Assembly (NCBI GenBank): GCA_963708045.1
Contig: OY970181.1
Span: 579,740 to 643,739, forward strand
Reading direction: 5' to 3'
Origin: an uncultured bacterium
GTDB lineage: Bacteria; Patescibacteriota; Patescibacteriia; CAIQCM01
Length of the DNA stretch: 64,000 nt
Shown here: positions 15,415-25,278 of the stretch, in pieces
Layout: the number at the start of each line of letters is the position of its first letter
Numbering within the stretch: the stretch's first letter is position 1
Program-made: the position numbers and the translations under genes
The notes under the pieces: model-generated
What the model was told of the DNA's origin: nothing
The model's input: only the letters and a program-made list of their open reading frames with translations
Database searches by the model: none

Positions 15415-18400
15415 ATGAACGCAGTTTCAAAATTAAAATTTTTTAGCGCTAACCACAAGGGGTTGGTTTTTGCTTTTTGTTTTGTTGTGGCCGTGCTTGC
15501 CTTTGTTGCCCTGCCGACGCATAAGGCAATGGCGGCGAACGGCGACATCGTTGTCAATGTTAAAGAAGAGCTGGGAAGCAATCTTGCTGGCGCGACAGTT
15601 GAAATTAATTGTAGCGGCGGCAGTTTTGTGGCCAACGTCGCCCCGACTGACGCTTCAGGTAATGTGACTTTTTTGGTGGCTGACCTTGGTGATTCTGGCG
15701 GCGCGACTCTTTATCACACGGCCGATTGCGACACTAATGCCGAGAGTATCACTTATCGTGTGTCCAAAGATGGATACGTTACTCAAACTACCGGTGGTGC
15801 TGACACATATTTAACGGGAGCCGAAACCGACAAAAATATCACCGGTGTTCAGTTCGCCTACAAACTCACAGCTGTCACAACCGAAGGACCGGGGACAAAT
15901 ATCACAGCGACACTTTCTTCGCTGGCGGTTGGCGCTTCTGGTGCAACCGACGCCTGTACTTTAAATGGCGGCGCTTGGTATTGTCCGGTAACACTCGCCC
16001 ATAGCGTGGGGCCGCTCATTGGCGTGCCAACGCAAGATGGTTATGTACAAGCCAATTACAATTTAGTTACTGGCACAACGCGTAGCGCTAACGCCGACGC
16101 GCAAGTTTCGGACACAATCAGCACGGTTCGTTTTTCCTATAAAATAACATCGGCGACGAGCGAAATCGGCACTAACATCACGGCAATTTTGACAACACTG
16201 AGAGTTGGCGACGATACGGCCACGAACGCTTGCACTTTCTCGGTTGACGCTTGGTATTGTCCAGTCATTCTCGCCAATAGCAACGGTACGCTTAAGGCCG
16301 ACCCAGTTAAAGAAGGTTATGTTCAAGCTGACCACAATTTGGTTCTGGGCACAACGCGCGTCGCGAGCTCTGACGCTCAAATAACTGATTCTTTCACTGG
16401 TGTTCAATATGCATACAAAATAACCTCTGCAACTTCTGAAGCTTTAGCAGTCAATCTTATTTCTACATTAAGCGCGCTTGCCGTTGGTGACGCGACCGCG
16501 ACCAACGCTTGTGAAACCTCGGGTGGCGCTTGGTACTGTCCGGTTGTTCTCGCAAATAGCGACGGCACGCTTCTTGGAGTTCCTACTCAAGACGGCTATG
16601 TGCAAACAAATTACAATTTGGTAATCGGTACAACTCGTGTTGCTAATAATGCATTGCAGATATCGGACACGATCGTTAATGTTCAATACGCTTACAAAAT
16701 TACTTCCGTTACAACCGAAGGCCCAGGCACCGAGCTCCGAGCCACCTTGTCTTCGCTCACGGTTGGCGATGATACCGCCAAAACCGCCTGTGCATTAAAC
16801 GGCACGACTTGGTATTGCCCGGTTATCCTTGCGAACAGCAATGGCACACTTGTCGGCGTGCCAACGCAAGACGGGTACGTATCGGGTGATGATAATTTGG
16901 TAATTGGTACAACGCGCGTTCTTAATACGGCGGCGCAAGTTTCGGACACAATTAGCACCGTTCGGTTTGCTTATAAAATAACCGCGGTTACGGCTGAGGG
17001 TCCGGGAACAAATATTACTGCGACACTGGTTTCGCTTGCAGTTGGCGACGATACAGCTACGACACTTTGTACTTTCAATGTTGCGACTTGGTATTGTCCG
17101 GTTATTCTTGCAAATAGCGATGGTACATTAATTAGTATCCCGATCAAAGACGGTTATGTGCAGGCTAATTATAATTTGGTTCTAGGCACGACGCGTCTTA
17201 CGGCCGCTGCGGCGCAAGTTTCAGATACAGTAACTGGTGTTAGATTTTCTTATAAAATCACTTCGGCGACGAGCGAAATCGGCACCAATATTACCGCAAT
17301 TCTTACGACGCTCGCGGTTGGCGACGATACGACAACAAACGCCTGTGCATTCTCGGTTGATGCTTGGTATTGTCCAGTCGTACTCGCGAACAGCAATGGC
17401 ACGCTAAAAGCCGATCCGGTTAAAGAAGGCTATGTTCAAGCCGACCATAATTTAGTTCTAGGCACAACGCGTCTTGCTAATCTAGACGCTCAAATTGTTG
17501 ATTCGTTTACTGGTGTTCAGTTTGCTTACAAAATCACTTCCGTAACTGCCGAAGGTCCTGGCACCAACCTTACCGCCACCCTCGCTGGTTTAGTTGTTGG
17601 TGATGTTACGGGAACCGATACCTGTATTTTAAACGGCGGCGCTTGGTACTGCCCAGTTGTTCTCGCAAATAGCGACGGCACACTTCTCGGCGTGCCAACG
17701 CAAGATGGTTATGTGGCGGCAAATAATAATTTAGTGATTGGTACGACTCGTGGCACAAATGCTGCCGCCCAAGTTTCTGACACAATTACTGGTGTTGATT
17801 TCGCTTACAAAATCACCGCCGTTACCACCGAAGGGCCTGGTACCAACCTTACAGCGACACTTTCTTCGCTCGTGGTTGGTGACGATACTGGTACAACGGC
17901 CTGTGCTCTTAACGGTGGTGCTTGGTATTGTCCGGTTTTGCTTGCAAATAGCGACGGCACGCTTATCGGCGTGCCAACGCAAGATGGTTACGTCGCGGCT
18001 AATAACAATTTAGTGATTGGCACGACGCGTATTACTAACGCTGCGGCGCAAGTTTCTGACACGATTAGCACGGTTAAATTCTCATACAAACTTACAGCCA
18101 TTACCACCGAAGGGCCTGGTACCAACCTTACAGCGACACTTTCTTCGCTCGTGGTTGGTGACGTGACGGGAACCAACGCTTGTATTTTAAATGGTGGCGC
18201 TTGGTATTGTCCGGTTTTGCTCGCGAATAGCGACGGTACGCTTATCGGCAATTTGGTTGAAGACGGTTATGTGCAGGCAAACTATAATTTGGTTAATGGC
18301 ACAACGCGCGCCGCGGCCGGCGATCCACAGCGCACTGAAACTATTAACACGGTTCAATTCGCTTATAAAATTACAGGAGCGACGACAGAAATTAGCACCG

Positions 18401-19929
18401 ACATTACCGCAATTTTAACAACGCTCGCGGTTGGCGATGATTCCGCAACCAATGCTTGTACCTTTTCGGTTGATGCTTGGTACTGTCCAGTTATTCTCGC
18501 GAACAGTAATGGCACGCTAAAAGCTGATCCAGTTAAAGAAGGTTATGTTCGGGCTGACCATAATTTGGTTCTAGGGACGACGCGCCTAACAAATACTGCT
18601 GCTCAAATTTCCGACACATTTACCGGTGTTCAATTTGCTTACAAAATCACTTCCGTAACCGCCGAAGCTATTGGCACTAACCTAACAAGCACATTAACGG
18701 GACTGCTTGTCGGAGATGCGACCGCAACCAATACCTGTGTTCTTAATACCGGCGCTTGGTACTGTCCAGTTGTTCTCGCAAATAGCGATGGCACACTTCT
18801 TGGTGTACCAACGCAGGATGGCTATGTTCAAGCAAATCATAATTTAGTTACTGGCACGACGCGCGTTGCAAATACTGATGCTCAGCGTTCAGATACAATC
18901 ACTAACGTTTTATTTGCTCTTAAAGTTACAATCCAGCGCGAAGGCGACAACGCGGCTGTGACCGGTTCTACGGTTACCGCTGACGGTCCGACGCTTTACG
19001 ACGTGACTTGCGCCGAAAATGGAACAACCGGCATTCATTATTGCGTTATTCCCGTGGCACAAACAGGAACGATTACGCGAATTGTTAATCCTTCGTTTAT
19101 TACAAAAACACTAAGCTATACCGACCGCACAACGCAAATCGGCGGCCAAGGTACGATGACCGCGGTTTTGAGCACTTCGGGCGATATCACTCCGCCGACG
19201 ATTACCGGCCAGACTCCGGCCGATGGCGCGACCGGCGTTTCAATTATTGTTTCGCCAACCATAACCTTTAACGAAGCAATGGATGCGGCGACGTTAAACG
19301 GTGGCACGATTCAAATTCGCAAATATTCCGACGATACTGCGGTTTCCGCTAGTCTTCTCTATAATCCTTCAACCTTCGTCGTGACGCTAACCCCGGTTGC
19401 AAGTCTTGTCTACAACACGCAATATTATCTCTATGTTGTTGGTGCAAAAGATGCCGCGGGCAATTCGGTAAGCACCGACTACGCAGCTGGCACAAAGAGC
19501 AGTCACGAATTTACAACGGTTGCCGAAGCCAACGGTTCGCTCGCGGTCACGGGCATTGATCGTATTAGCACCTATGCCGTTACTGGTGGCGATTATGCCA
19601 ATGGTTGGAAATGGACTTTCCACGTCACCGTTCCGACCACCGAAACATCATTTAAAATGAAATTCACTGACCTTGTGAGCGGAACTCATTCTATTGCGGC
19701 GGCAGCGAATATGCGTTTCTTTTCTTCGCAATCATCTAACGCGTACGATGAAAGCACGGCAATTAGCATTACTGTTGCCGAAGCTTATAGCTCAACAATG
19801 ACACTCAACGCTGATCTTAGTGCTGGCACAGCCGGTCGGCAAATAGACGTTACGATTGAGGCGCGCGTACCAACAGGAACGGCGGCTGGGTCATACTCAA
19901 CCAGTTACGGGATTCAAACGACGATTTAA
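15415..19929 (+). CDS. Giant secreted tandem-repeat surface protein (1504 aa): ~11 x 93-94-aa Cys-containing repeats plus a C-terminal SbsA-type Ig-like domain
   Basis: Signal peptide VFAFCFVVAVLAFVALPTHKAMA. The repeat consensus is YKIT..T.E..GTN.TA.L..L.VGD.T.T.AC.....AWYCPV.LANS.GTL...P..(D/E)GYV....NLV.GTTR......Q.SDT...V.FA. The C-terminus TPPTITGQTPADGATGVSIIVSPTITFNEAMD...YYLYVVGAKDAAGN is typical of an S-layer Ig-like domain. Confidence 0.8.
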   Translation: MNAVSKLKFFSANHKGLVFAFCFVVAVLAFVALPTHKAMAANGDIVVNVKEELGSNLAGATVEINCSGGSFVANVAPTDASGNVTFLVADLGDSGGATLYHTADCDTNAESITYRVSKDGYVTQTTGGADTYLTGAETDKNITGVQFAYKLTAVTTEGPGTNITATLSSLAVGASGATDACTLNGGAWYCPVTLAHSVGPLIGVPTQDGYVQANYNLVTGTTRSANADAQVSDTISTVRFSYKITSATSEIGTNITAILTTLRVGDDTATNACTFSVDAWYCPVILANSNGTLKADPVKEGYVQADHNLVLGTTRVASSDAQITDSFTGVQYAYKITSATSEALAVNLISTLSALAVGDATATNACETSGGAWYCPVVLANSDGTLLGVPTQDGYVQTNYNLVIGTTRVANNALQISDTIVNVQYAYKITSVTTEGPGTELRATLSSLTVGDDTAKTACALNGTTWYCPVILANSNGTLVGVPTQDGYVSGDDNLVIGTTRVLNTAAQVSDTISTVRFAYKITAVTAEGPGTNITATLVSLAVGDDTATTLCTFNVATWYCPVILANSDGTLISIPIKDGYVQANYNLVLGTTRLTAAAAQVSDTVTGVRFSYKITSATSEIGTNITAILTTLAVGDDTTTNACAFSVDAWYCPVVLANSNGTLKADPVKEGYVQADHNLVLGTTRLANLDAQIVDSFTGVQFAYKITSVTAEGPGTNLTATLAGLVVGDVTGTDTCILNGGAWYCPVVLANSDGTLLGVPTQDGYVAANNNLVIGTTRGTNAAAQVSDTITGVDFAYKITAVTTEGPGTNLTATLSSLVVGDDTGTTACALNGGAWYCPVLLANSDGTLIGVPTQDGYVAANNNLVIGTTRITNAAAQVSDTISTVKFSYKLTAITTEGPGTNLTATLSSLVVGDVTGTNACILNGGAWYCPVLLANSDGTLIGNLVEDGYVQANYNLVNGTTRAAAGDPQRTETINTVQFAYKITGATTEISTDITAILTTLAVGDDSATNACTFSVDAWYCPVILANSNGTLKADPVKEGYVRADHNLVLGTTRLTNTAAQISDTFTGVQFAYKITSVTAEAIGTNLTSTLTGLLVGDATATNTCVLNTGAWYCPVVLANSDGTLLGVPTQDGYVQANHNLVTGTTRVANTDAQRSDTITNVLFALKVTIQREGDNAAVTGSTVTADGPTLYDVTCAENGTTGIHYCVIPVAQTGTITRIVNPSFITKTLSYTDRTTQIGGQGTMTAVLSTSGDITPPTITGQTPADGATGVSIIVSPTITFNEAMDAATLNGGTIQIRKYSDDTAVSASLLYNPSTFVVTLTPVASLVYNTQYYLYVVGAKDAAGNSVSTDYAAGTKSSHEFTTVAEANGSLAVTGIDRISTYAVTGGDYANGWKWTFHVTVPTTETSFKMKFTDLVSGTHSIAAAANMRFFSSQSSNAYDESTAISITVAEAYSSTMTLNADLSAGTAGRQIDVTIEARVPTGTAAGSYSTSYGIQTTI
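15853..18925 (+). repeat. Intragenic tandem repeat array, unit 279-282 bp, with a 4-unit (~1116 bp) higher-order period
   Basis: Unit starts fall at about 15853, 16135, 16417, 16693, 16972, 17251, 17530, 17809, 18088, 18367 and 18646. Units 2, 6 and 10 (TSATSEIGTNITAILTTL...FSVDAWYCPVILANSNGTLKADPVKEGYVQADHNLVLGTTR) are near-identical. Units 3, 7 and 11 are likewise similar. DNA stretches 17825-17885 and 18100-18160 are nearly identical. Confidence 0.8.
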
Positions 19930-19933
19930 ATAA

Positions 19934-21079
19934 TTGCTTAAGCGCAAAAAAATGAACAAATATATAAAAATTTTGTTCGGTTTCGCAGTGGTGTTTCTTG
20001 GTCTTGTTGCGGGTGGTGTGGTTTTGGCCTCAGAAACAACTGGCGATTTAAATACAGGATTAGATACGGGCGTTGATGGAATTGTCGTGGCACCGCCGAG
20101 CGCCGCGCCCATTGCTGGCACTTATAGTTCCGCGCTCGCGATCACGCTTACGGCAACCGGTGCGACCAGTATGCGCTATTCAATCAATGGAACTGATCCG
20201 ACTTGTTCCACGGGGATAGTTTATGTTGAAGAAATTGCTGTTGCATCATCAAGAATAATTAAAGCAATTTCTTGTTATCCAGGCGGTATTGCTTCGTCGG
20301 TTGCCACGTTTATTTATACGATCTCGTCCTCGTCGGGCGGTGGCGGGGGTGGGGGAGGCGGGGGAAATTTTATACCCGCACCAACGCCGGTTACTGGAAA
20401 ATTTAGCCGCACCGAAGCTAACGCCAAACTTCCGCCAAATTTTCCGGTTGATTCGCTTGTAAAATTAGCTGATGACAAAAATCCTAAAACCGATGTTGAT
20501 AGTGCTGTTTATTACATCGGGCTTGATGCCAAGCGTCATTCGTTCATTAATAATCATATTTTCTCTAGCTGGTATAGTAATTTTGATGATATAAAAATCA
20601 TAGACGCAACCACACTTGCTTCTATTACGCTTGGTACGCCAATTCTTTCGCGTCCAGGCACGTGGTGGGTAAAAATCGCTTCCGACCCAAAGACATATTA
20701 TGTTGAACCGGGGAGCTACAAGCTTCGTTGGATTAAAGACGAAGCCACAGCGCTTGCTTTGGGTGGGTCGGATTGGAACAAAAATATTCTTGACGTTGGC
20801 GTAAGTTACTTTGCTAACTATTCAAGCGGTGATCCGATTGATATGACATATTTGGCCAAACTTTGGCCAGCTGGCGCTTTGCTAAAACTCGCAAGCGATA
20901 CCACGATTTGGTACGCGACTGGTACAGAACGCCGGCGGTTTGCGTCAAAAAGCGCTTTTTCCGCGAATGGTTTTCAAGATCGCTTTATTGAATTAAATAA
21001 TAAACCAGGCTGGCAATATCTTCCGACAGGCGCGGACATTACCGGTTTTGAAGACGCGCTCTTTAGCCTTCAACACTAA
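19934..21079 (+). CDS. Secreted protein (381 aa) with an Fn3-associated-like domain, a poly-Gly linker and the conserved ~110-aa module
   Basis: Signal/TM FGFAVVFLGLVAGGVVLA. The Fn3_assoc-like segment is APIAGTYSSALAITLTATGATSMRYSINGTDPTCS. A G12 linker follows. The shared module is DSAVYYIGLDAKRHSFINNHIFSSWYSNFDDIKIID...WVKIASDPKTYYV...ILDVGVSYFANY, plus a partial second copy. Confidence 0.75.
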   Translation: MLKRKKMNKYIKILFGFAVVFLGLVAGGVVLASETTGDLNTGLDTGVDGIVVAPPSAAPIAGTYSSALAITLTATGATSMRYSINGTDPTCSTGIVYVEEIAVASSRIIKAISCYPGGIASSVATFIYTISSSSGGGGGGGGGGNFIPAPTPVTGKFSRTEANAKLPPNFPVDSLVKLADDKNPKTDVDSAVYYIGLDAKRHSFINNHIFSSWYSNFDDIKIIDATTLASITLGTPILSRPGTWWVKIASDPKTYYVEPGSYKLRWIKDEATALALGGSDWNKNILDVGVSYFANYSSGDPIDMTYLAKLWPAGALLKLASDTTIWYATGTERRRFASKSAFSANGFQDRFIELNNKPGWQYLPTGADITGFEDALFSLQH

Positions 21080-21120
21080 CGTAGCGTATAGGGGTTAGGG
21101 TATAGAGTATAGAAAAAAGA

Positions 21121-21151
21121 AAAAACCTCCGATTTTTATCGGAGGTTTTTT
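21121..21151 (+). terminator. Rho-independent terminator embedded in REP-like inverted repeat
   Basis: aaaaacctccg-atttttat-cggaggtttttt. It is flanked by the inverted arms tataggggttagggtatag / ctagcccctaaaccctataccctag. Confidence 0.7.
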
Positions 21152-21241
21152 ATTCTAGCCCCTAAACCCTATACCCTAGACGCTAATAGTAAGTTGAAAT
21201 AATCTTCTTTACGGAGTATTCTTATTAAACAATGCTATCCT

Positions 21242-23512
21242 ATGAAAAATAAAATCCTCCCCATTTTTTTATTTGTTTTCACGGCTTTTTTGTTTGGTCA
21301 TCAAGCCAAGGCCGCAACCAAAGAATGGCTTGCTAATGCGCCGGGCGATCTGGCTTCGGTTGCGACAAATTGGGCAAGCGGCGTTTTGCCGTCTTCGGGC
21401 GATGATCTTGTTTTTCCTTCAGGCGCAACAGTTGTATGGGACATTAGCGGCGTGATGCCGAGAAATGTCACGACCCAAGCCAATGTCTCGCTCAAAGCTC
21501 CTTTGGCTTTGATGGGCGACTTTAAAGTAAGCGGAGGGAAGTTACTTTCAAACAGTAATGCTATTTCGGTTGGCGGAGCGGTTATTCTTTCGGGTGGCGC
21601 GGCGGATTTTGGCGCCTCGTCAATTAACGTGAGTGGCGATTGGAAATTTTCTGGCGGCACTGCCGTCCTTTCATCGGCCACGGTAAGTTTTACCGGAAGC
21701 GGGGATAAATTAATTTATTCATCGGGAAATAGTTTTGGTAAATTATCAATCAATGCGCCGGGCGTGACCGTAAAATTAGCAGATGATTTTGAAAGCAATG
21801 ATAAAATAACCGTTTCTGATGGAATTTTTTCGTTAGCCGGAAAAACAATGACTTTGACGGGTGGTCTTGATCTTATAGGTGGAACAGTGACGCTCTCTGG
21901 AGGAAAAATAAATTTTGTCGGCACCAAAGGGAAACCGTTTTCAATTTCCGGCGGAAGTTTTAACGTTGATGCTGGCGGTACGGTTGTTTATGCGCCGACC
22001 GCTGGAAGTATCACCGTCGCGGCGGCCGATTATTATGATTTAGAACTTTCTGGAAATGCGGTTTTTTCTCTTTCGGGAGGAACAACAGTAAACGGAAAAT
22101 TAATAATTGGCGTGGGCGCAACGCTTTCGCCTAGCTCATTTACGATTTCGGCGAAAGGACAGGTAGAAAACAGTGGAAAGATTTTGGGGGATAAGGGAAT
22201 AGACACGGCCGTCGGCTCGATAAAATTTATTAACGACAATTTCGCGGAAATTTTTTCGTTTACGAAAAGCTCAGGCGTTGTTCGGGTAAGTATTGAAAAT
22301 ATCGGTAAAAATTTTATTGGCAGTGTGGCAGAAACGCTTGCTGGGCTAACTTTAACGACAATGTCAGGTGACAAAGAGATAATTAACGCCGTGGAAACCA
22401 GCAATTCAACCGGCGTTTTTGTAACGCCGGCGATTGTTGTTCACGAGGCGGCAGTGGAACAAGGAAACGGTCAGCTCGAGGTATCGCAGAATGATATAAT
22501 TTTTGCGACTTACGTTGACCCACAAAACTCGGCGCGTAAAAAAAGCGCCGAAATTACCGTGAGCGCGACGACCTCTTCAAATACCGGCATTCCGCAAATT
22601 GTCGCTAAGCCAATTCTTACCAACTGGAGCTCGGTAACGTCGTCCTCAGGAACAACTTATTCGGCACATATTATCTGGGAAACTGATATTGTGAGTTCTT
22701 CGGCAATAACGGTTTCTGGTGGCAGTTTTAGTTTGCCGGTTTCTGCTGGCAGCCTAACACCAACTTTAACCCACGATGTTTTGGTTTCCGGTTTGTCGCG
22801 CGGCTACGTGTATTCTTATAAAGTAAGTTCAATGTCGGCTGATGGCAAAAGCGTTACGAGCGATTCGGCAAAGTTTACGGTTATTGTTGCTGGCGATCGG
22901 ATTAAAACGGCTAATTCGTCGGCGGTGTATTGGTACCTAAACGGCAAGCGAAACGTATTTTCTAATTTTTTCGTTTATGATTCTTGGTTTCCCGATTTTA
23001 AAAATGTTGTAACGATTCCAGCCGAACAAATGTCCGATATTCTAATTGGTCGGGGTATTCCCGTGCGTGCTGGCACATATCTTGTAAAAATTCAGTCCGA
23101 CCCGCGGGTTTATGCGGTTTTGCCGTTTGGAAAATTAAGCTGGGTGCAAACCGAAACGCAAGCGATCGCTCTTTACGGAGAAAATTGGTCAAAGCGGGTA
23201 ATTGATATGGATGTGGCTTTCTTTGGTTCCTATTCATATGCCGATCCGATGGTAGACGGAAAAATGCCCGACGGGTTTGTTTATTCCGCCGGTGGGGAAA
23301 ACGGAATTTATTTGGAAAATAGTTTGCATCGCTTAAACGACGCCGCGCTTCCGGTAAATGGTATAGATAAACGTTTTATTTCCCCGGTTGTTTTAAGTAT
23401 GATTACGAACGCGACAAATGGCGGTATTTATTATGGTTACGCACCTGCAGCAAATACAGTTTTTAAAGACGGAAATTCCGAAGTTGTCGCGCCAGCGCGC
23501 ATAGAAAAATAA
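21242..23512 (+). CDS. Secreted surface protein (756 aa) with Gly/Ser-rich beta-helix-like region, an Fn3-like domain and the conserved ~110-aa module near the C-terminus
   Basis: Signal peptide ILPIFLFVFTAFLFGHQAKA. The Fn3/purple-acid-phosphatase-N-like segment is TSSSGTTYSAHIIWETDIVSSSAITVSG. The shared module is NSSAVYWYLNGKRNVFSNFFVYDSWFPDFKNVVTIP...LVKIQSDPRVYAV...IDMDVAFFGSYSYADP. Confidence 0.75.
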   Translation: MKNKILPIFLFVFTAFLFGHQAKAATKEWLANAPGDLASVATNWASGVLPSSGDDLVFPSGATVVWDISGVMPRNVTTQANVSLKAPLALMGDFKVSGGKLLSNSNAISVGGAVILSGGAADFGASSINVSGDWKFSGGTAVLSSATVSFTGSGDKLIYSSGNSFGKLSINAPGVTVKLADDFESNDKITVSDGIFSLAGKTMTLTGGLDLIGGTVTLSGGKINFVGTKGKPFSISGGSFNVDAGGTVVYAPTAGSITVAAADYYDLELSGNAVFSLSGGTTVNGKLIIGVGATLSPSSFTISAKGQVENSGKILGDKGIDTAVGSIKFINDNFAEIFSFTKSSGVVRVSIENIGKNFIGSVAETLAGLTLTTMSGDKEIINAVETSNSTGVFVTPAIVVHEAAVEQGNGQLEVSQNDIIFATYVDPQNSARKKSAEITVSATTSSNTGIPQIVAKPILTNWSSVTSSSGTTYSAHIIWETDIVSSSAITVSGGSFSLPVSAGSLTPTLTHDVLVSGLSRGYVYSYKVSSMSADGKSVTSDSAKFTVIVAGDRIKTANSSAVYWYLNGKRNVFSNFFVYDSWFPDFKNVVTIPAEQMSDILIGRGIPVRAGTYLVKIQSDPRVYAVLPFGKLSWVQTETQAIALYGENWSKRVIDMDVAFFGSYSYADPMVDGKMPDGFVYSAGGENGIYLENSLHRLNDAALPVNGIDKRFISPVVLSMITNATNGGIYYGYAPAANTVFKDGNSEVVAPARIEK

Positions 23513-23513
23513 T

Positions 23514-24677
23514 GTGGAAGAAGAAATAAAAACTAAAAAATTTCCTCGGCGTTCTATTTTTGTCTTAGCGGTTGCGTTGCTTATTTTGGGCGCGGCGGTT
23601 TATTGCTATCCGCGCGCCGTTGCCGATCGCGCCGTTCCACCTTTGGTTGTAGAAAAAGCGCCGCGCACTAATCATCTCGCTGTCCCGTCCGAAGTCAGAG
23701 CAATTTATATCACGGCGGAAATGGCAGGAAATGAAAAAAGATTTTCGGAAGTTGTTAATTTGGGCAAAAGCCGCGGGATTAATTCTTTGGTGGTTGATCT
23801 AAAAAATGAAAACGGTTCGCTCGCATTTTTGCCCAAAAACGAAACGTTAAAAGCCGAGATTGGGAAAAATGTTCCGCTCGGCGACCTTGGTGTTTTTGCC
23901 GATAAAGTTCATGGCCTCGGTTTGTACCTTATCGCGCGAATGCCGGTTTTTGAAGATCCGAATTATGCAATTGGACATCCGGCCTTTGCCTTAAAACGTT
24001 CCGGCGGCAAACTATGGACTGACGCGAATGGTTTGGCTTGGCTTGACCCGGCTTCGGAAGACGTTTGGAAATATAATTCCGCCGTGGCGACGGAAGCGTA
24101 TACGCTTGGTTTTGATGAAATTCAGTTTGACTATATCCGTTTTGCGACCGACGGCGTAACCTCGGCGATCGTTTTTCCGGTCTATGACAAAAAGAAAGAA
24201 ACATACCGACAAGTTATTTCTCGTTTCTTTTCATTTCTTGATTCCGAACTTCGCGCCAAAGGAATTCCAATCTCGGCCGATGTTTTTGGTTTTGTTACTT
24301 GGCACCAGTCGGACTTGGGCATTGGCCAGTGGTACGACGACGCCATAAGAACGATGGATTATGTTTCGCCGATGGTTTATCCGTCGCATTATCCATCGGG
24401 CGTGTTACAATTTAAAAATCCGGCCGCTCACCCGTACGAAATAATCGCTGACTCTTTAAAAAAGGGGAACGAAGTTATTTCTTTGGCCGCGAAAGATCCG
24501 GATCTTAAACTTGCGACGCAACGTCCGTGGCTGCAAGCCTTTGATATGGGCGCCAAATACACGCCCGAGTTGATTCTGGCCGAAGTAAAAGCCAGCCGCG
24601 ACAATAACGCCTCCGGTTTTATGTTCTGGAACGCCAGAAACGATTACTCTAATCTGCCGGTACTTACTAATCTCTAA
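23514..24677 (+). CDS. Putative glycoside hydrolase-like protein (DUF4015/GHL TIM-barrel type), membrane-anchored
   Basis: 387 aa. An N-terminal TM helix (IFVLAVALLILGAAVYCY) is followed by motifs RAIYITAEMAG...GINSLVVDLKNENG...FDEIQFDYIRF, which resemble the putative glycosyl-hydrolase DUF4015 family. Confidence 0.45.
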   Translation: MEEEIKTKKFPRRSIFVLAVALLILGAAVYCYPRAVADRAVPPLVVEKAPRTNHLAVPSEVRAIYITAEMAGNEKRFSEVVNLGKSRGINSLVVDLKNENGSLAFLPKNETLKAEIGKNVPLGDLGVFADKVHGLGLYLIARMPVFEDPNYAIGHPAFALKRSGGKLWTDANGLAWLDPASEDVWKYNSAVATEAYTLGFDEIQFDYIRFATDGVTSAIVFPVYDKKKETYRQVISRFFSFLDSELRAKGIPISADVFGFVTWHQSDLGIGQWYDDAIRTMDYVSPMVYPSHYPSGVLQFKNPAAHPYEIIADSLKKGNEVISLAAKDPDLKLATQRPWLQAFDMGAKYTPELILAEVKASRDNNASGFMFWNARNDYSNLPVLTNL

Positions 24678-24708
24678 TTTCAAATCTCTAATCTCTAATT
24701 CCAAAAAT

Positions 24709-25278
24709 ATGAAATTTGCCGGTTTTTGGCGACGACTCGTCGCGAGCGTTATTGATCAATTTTTAATCGGTTTGCTTGCCTATTTTATTGGTAACGCCGC
24801 GCTGCTTGTCTCACTTTATGTTGCGCCAATTTCGCAAGCAAAATACAGCGGTTTTTTTAACATTGCCACCTTGCTGAGCTATGCCCTTGGGGGGTTTCTT
24901 TATTTTTCCCTTTTTGAGGGAAAAACTGGTGAGACAATGGGAAAGCGATTGTTAAAGCTTAAACTCGTACGGATTGATCAGCCTAATCGTGATGGGATCG
25001 GCGTTGTGCGCGCCGGTTTTCGTTCGGTTTTTTCTTTTATTGTCCAGATTTTTGCCGGCGTAAATTATATTCTGATGTTGCTTAACTCCGAACGGCGAAC
25101 ACTCCATGATAATCTTTTTAAGACCGCGGTCGTATATGACCCTAAGGGTGATTTCCCATCGTTTGACCCCGACAAGTTGCCGCTGGCCTCAAAAAAGCCG
25201 GTTCTTTTTGCGCTTGCGCTTATTATCTCGCTACTTGCCGCAATCGGGCAAATAATGTATTTTTCGGGTTTAGTATAA
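24709..25278 (+). CDS. RDD family membrane protein
   Basis: The N-terminal FAGFWRRLVASVIDQFLIGLL is the RDD-domain signature. Three predicted TM helices. Confidence 0.75.
   Translation: MKFAGFWRRLVASVIDQFLIGLLAYFIGNAALLVSLYVAPISQAKYSGFFNIATLLSYALGGFLYFSLFEGKTGETMGKRLLKLKLVRIDQPNRDGIGVVRAGFRSVFSFIVQIFAGVNYILMLLNSERRTLHDNLFKTAVVYDPKGDFPSFDPDKLPLASKKPVLFALALIISLLAAIGQIMYFSGLV

Noticed and set aside
16063-18251. Minus-strand and alternate-frame ORFs inside the tandem-repeat gene (16063-16407, 16468-16686, 17731-17982, 17988-18251; plus-frame 17738-18013, 18191-18418)
   Set aside because: They are periodic artefacts of the 279-bp repeat. The main frame is continuous for 1504 aa with a coherent domain layout.
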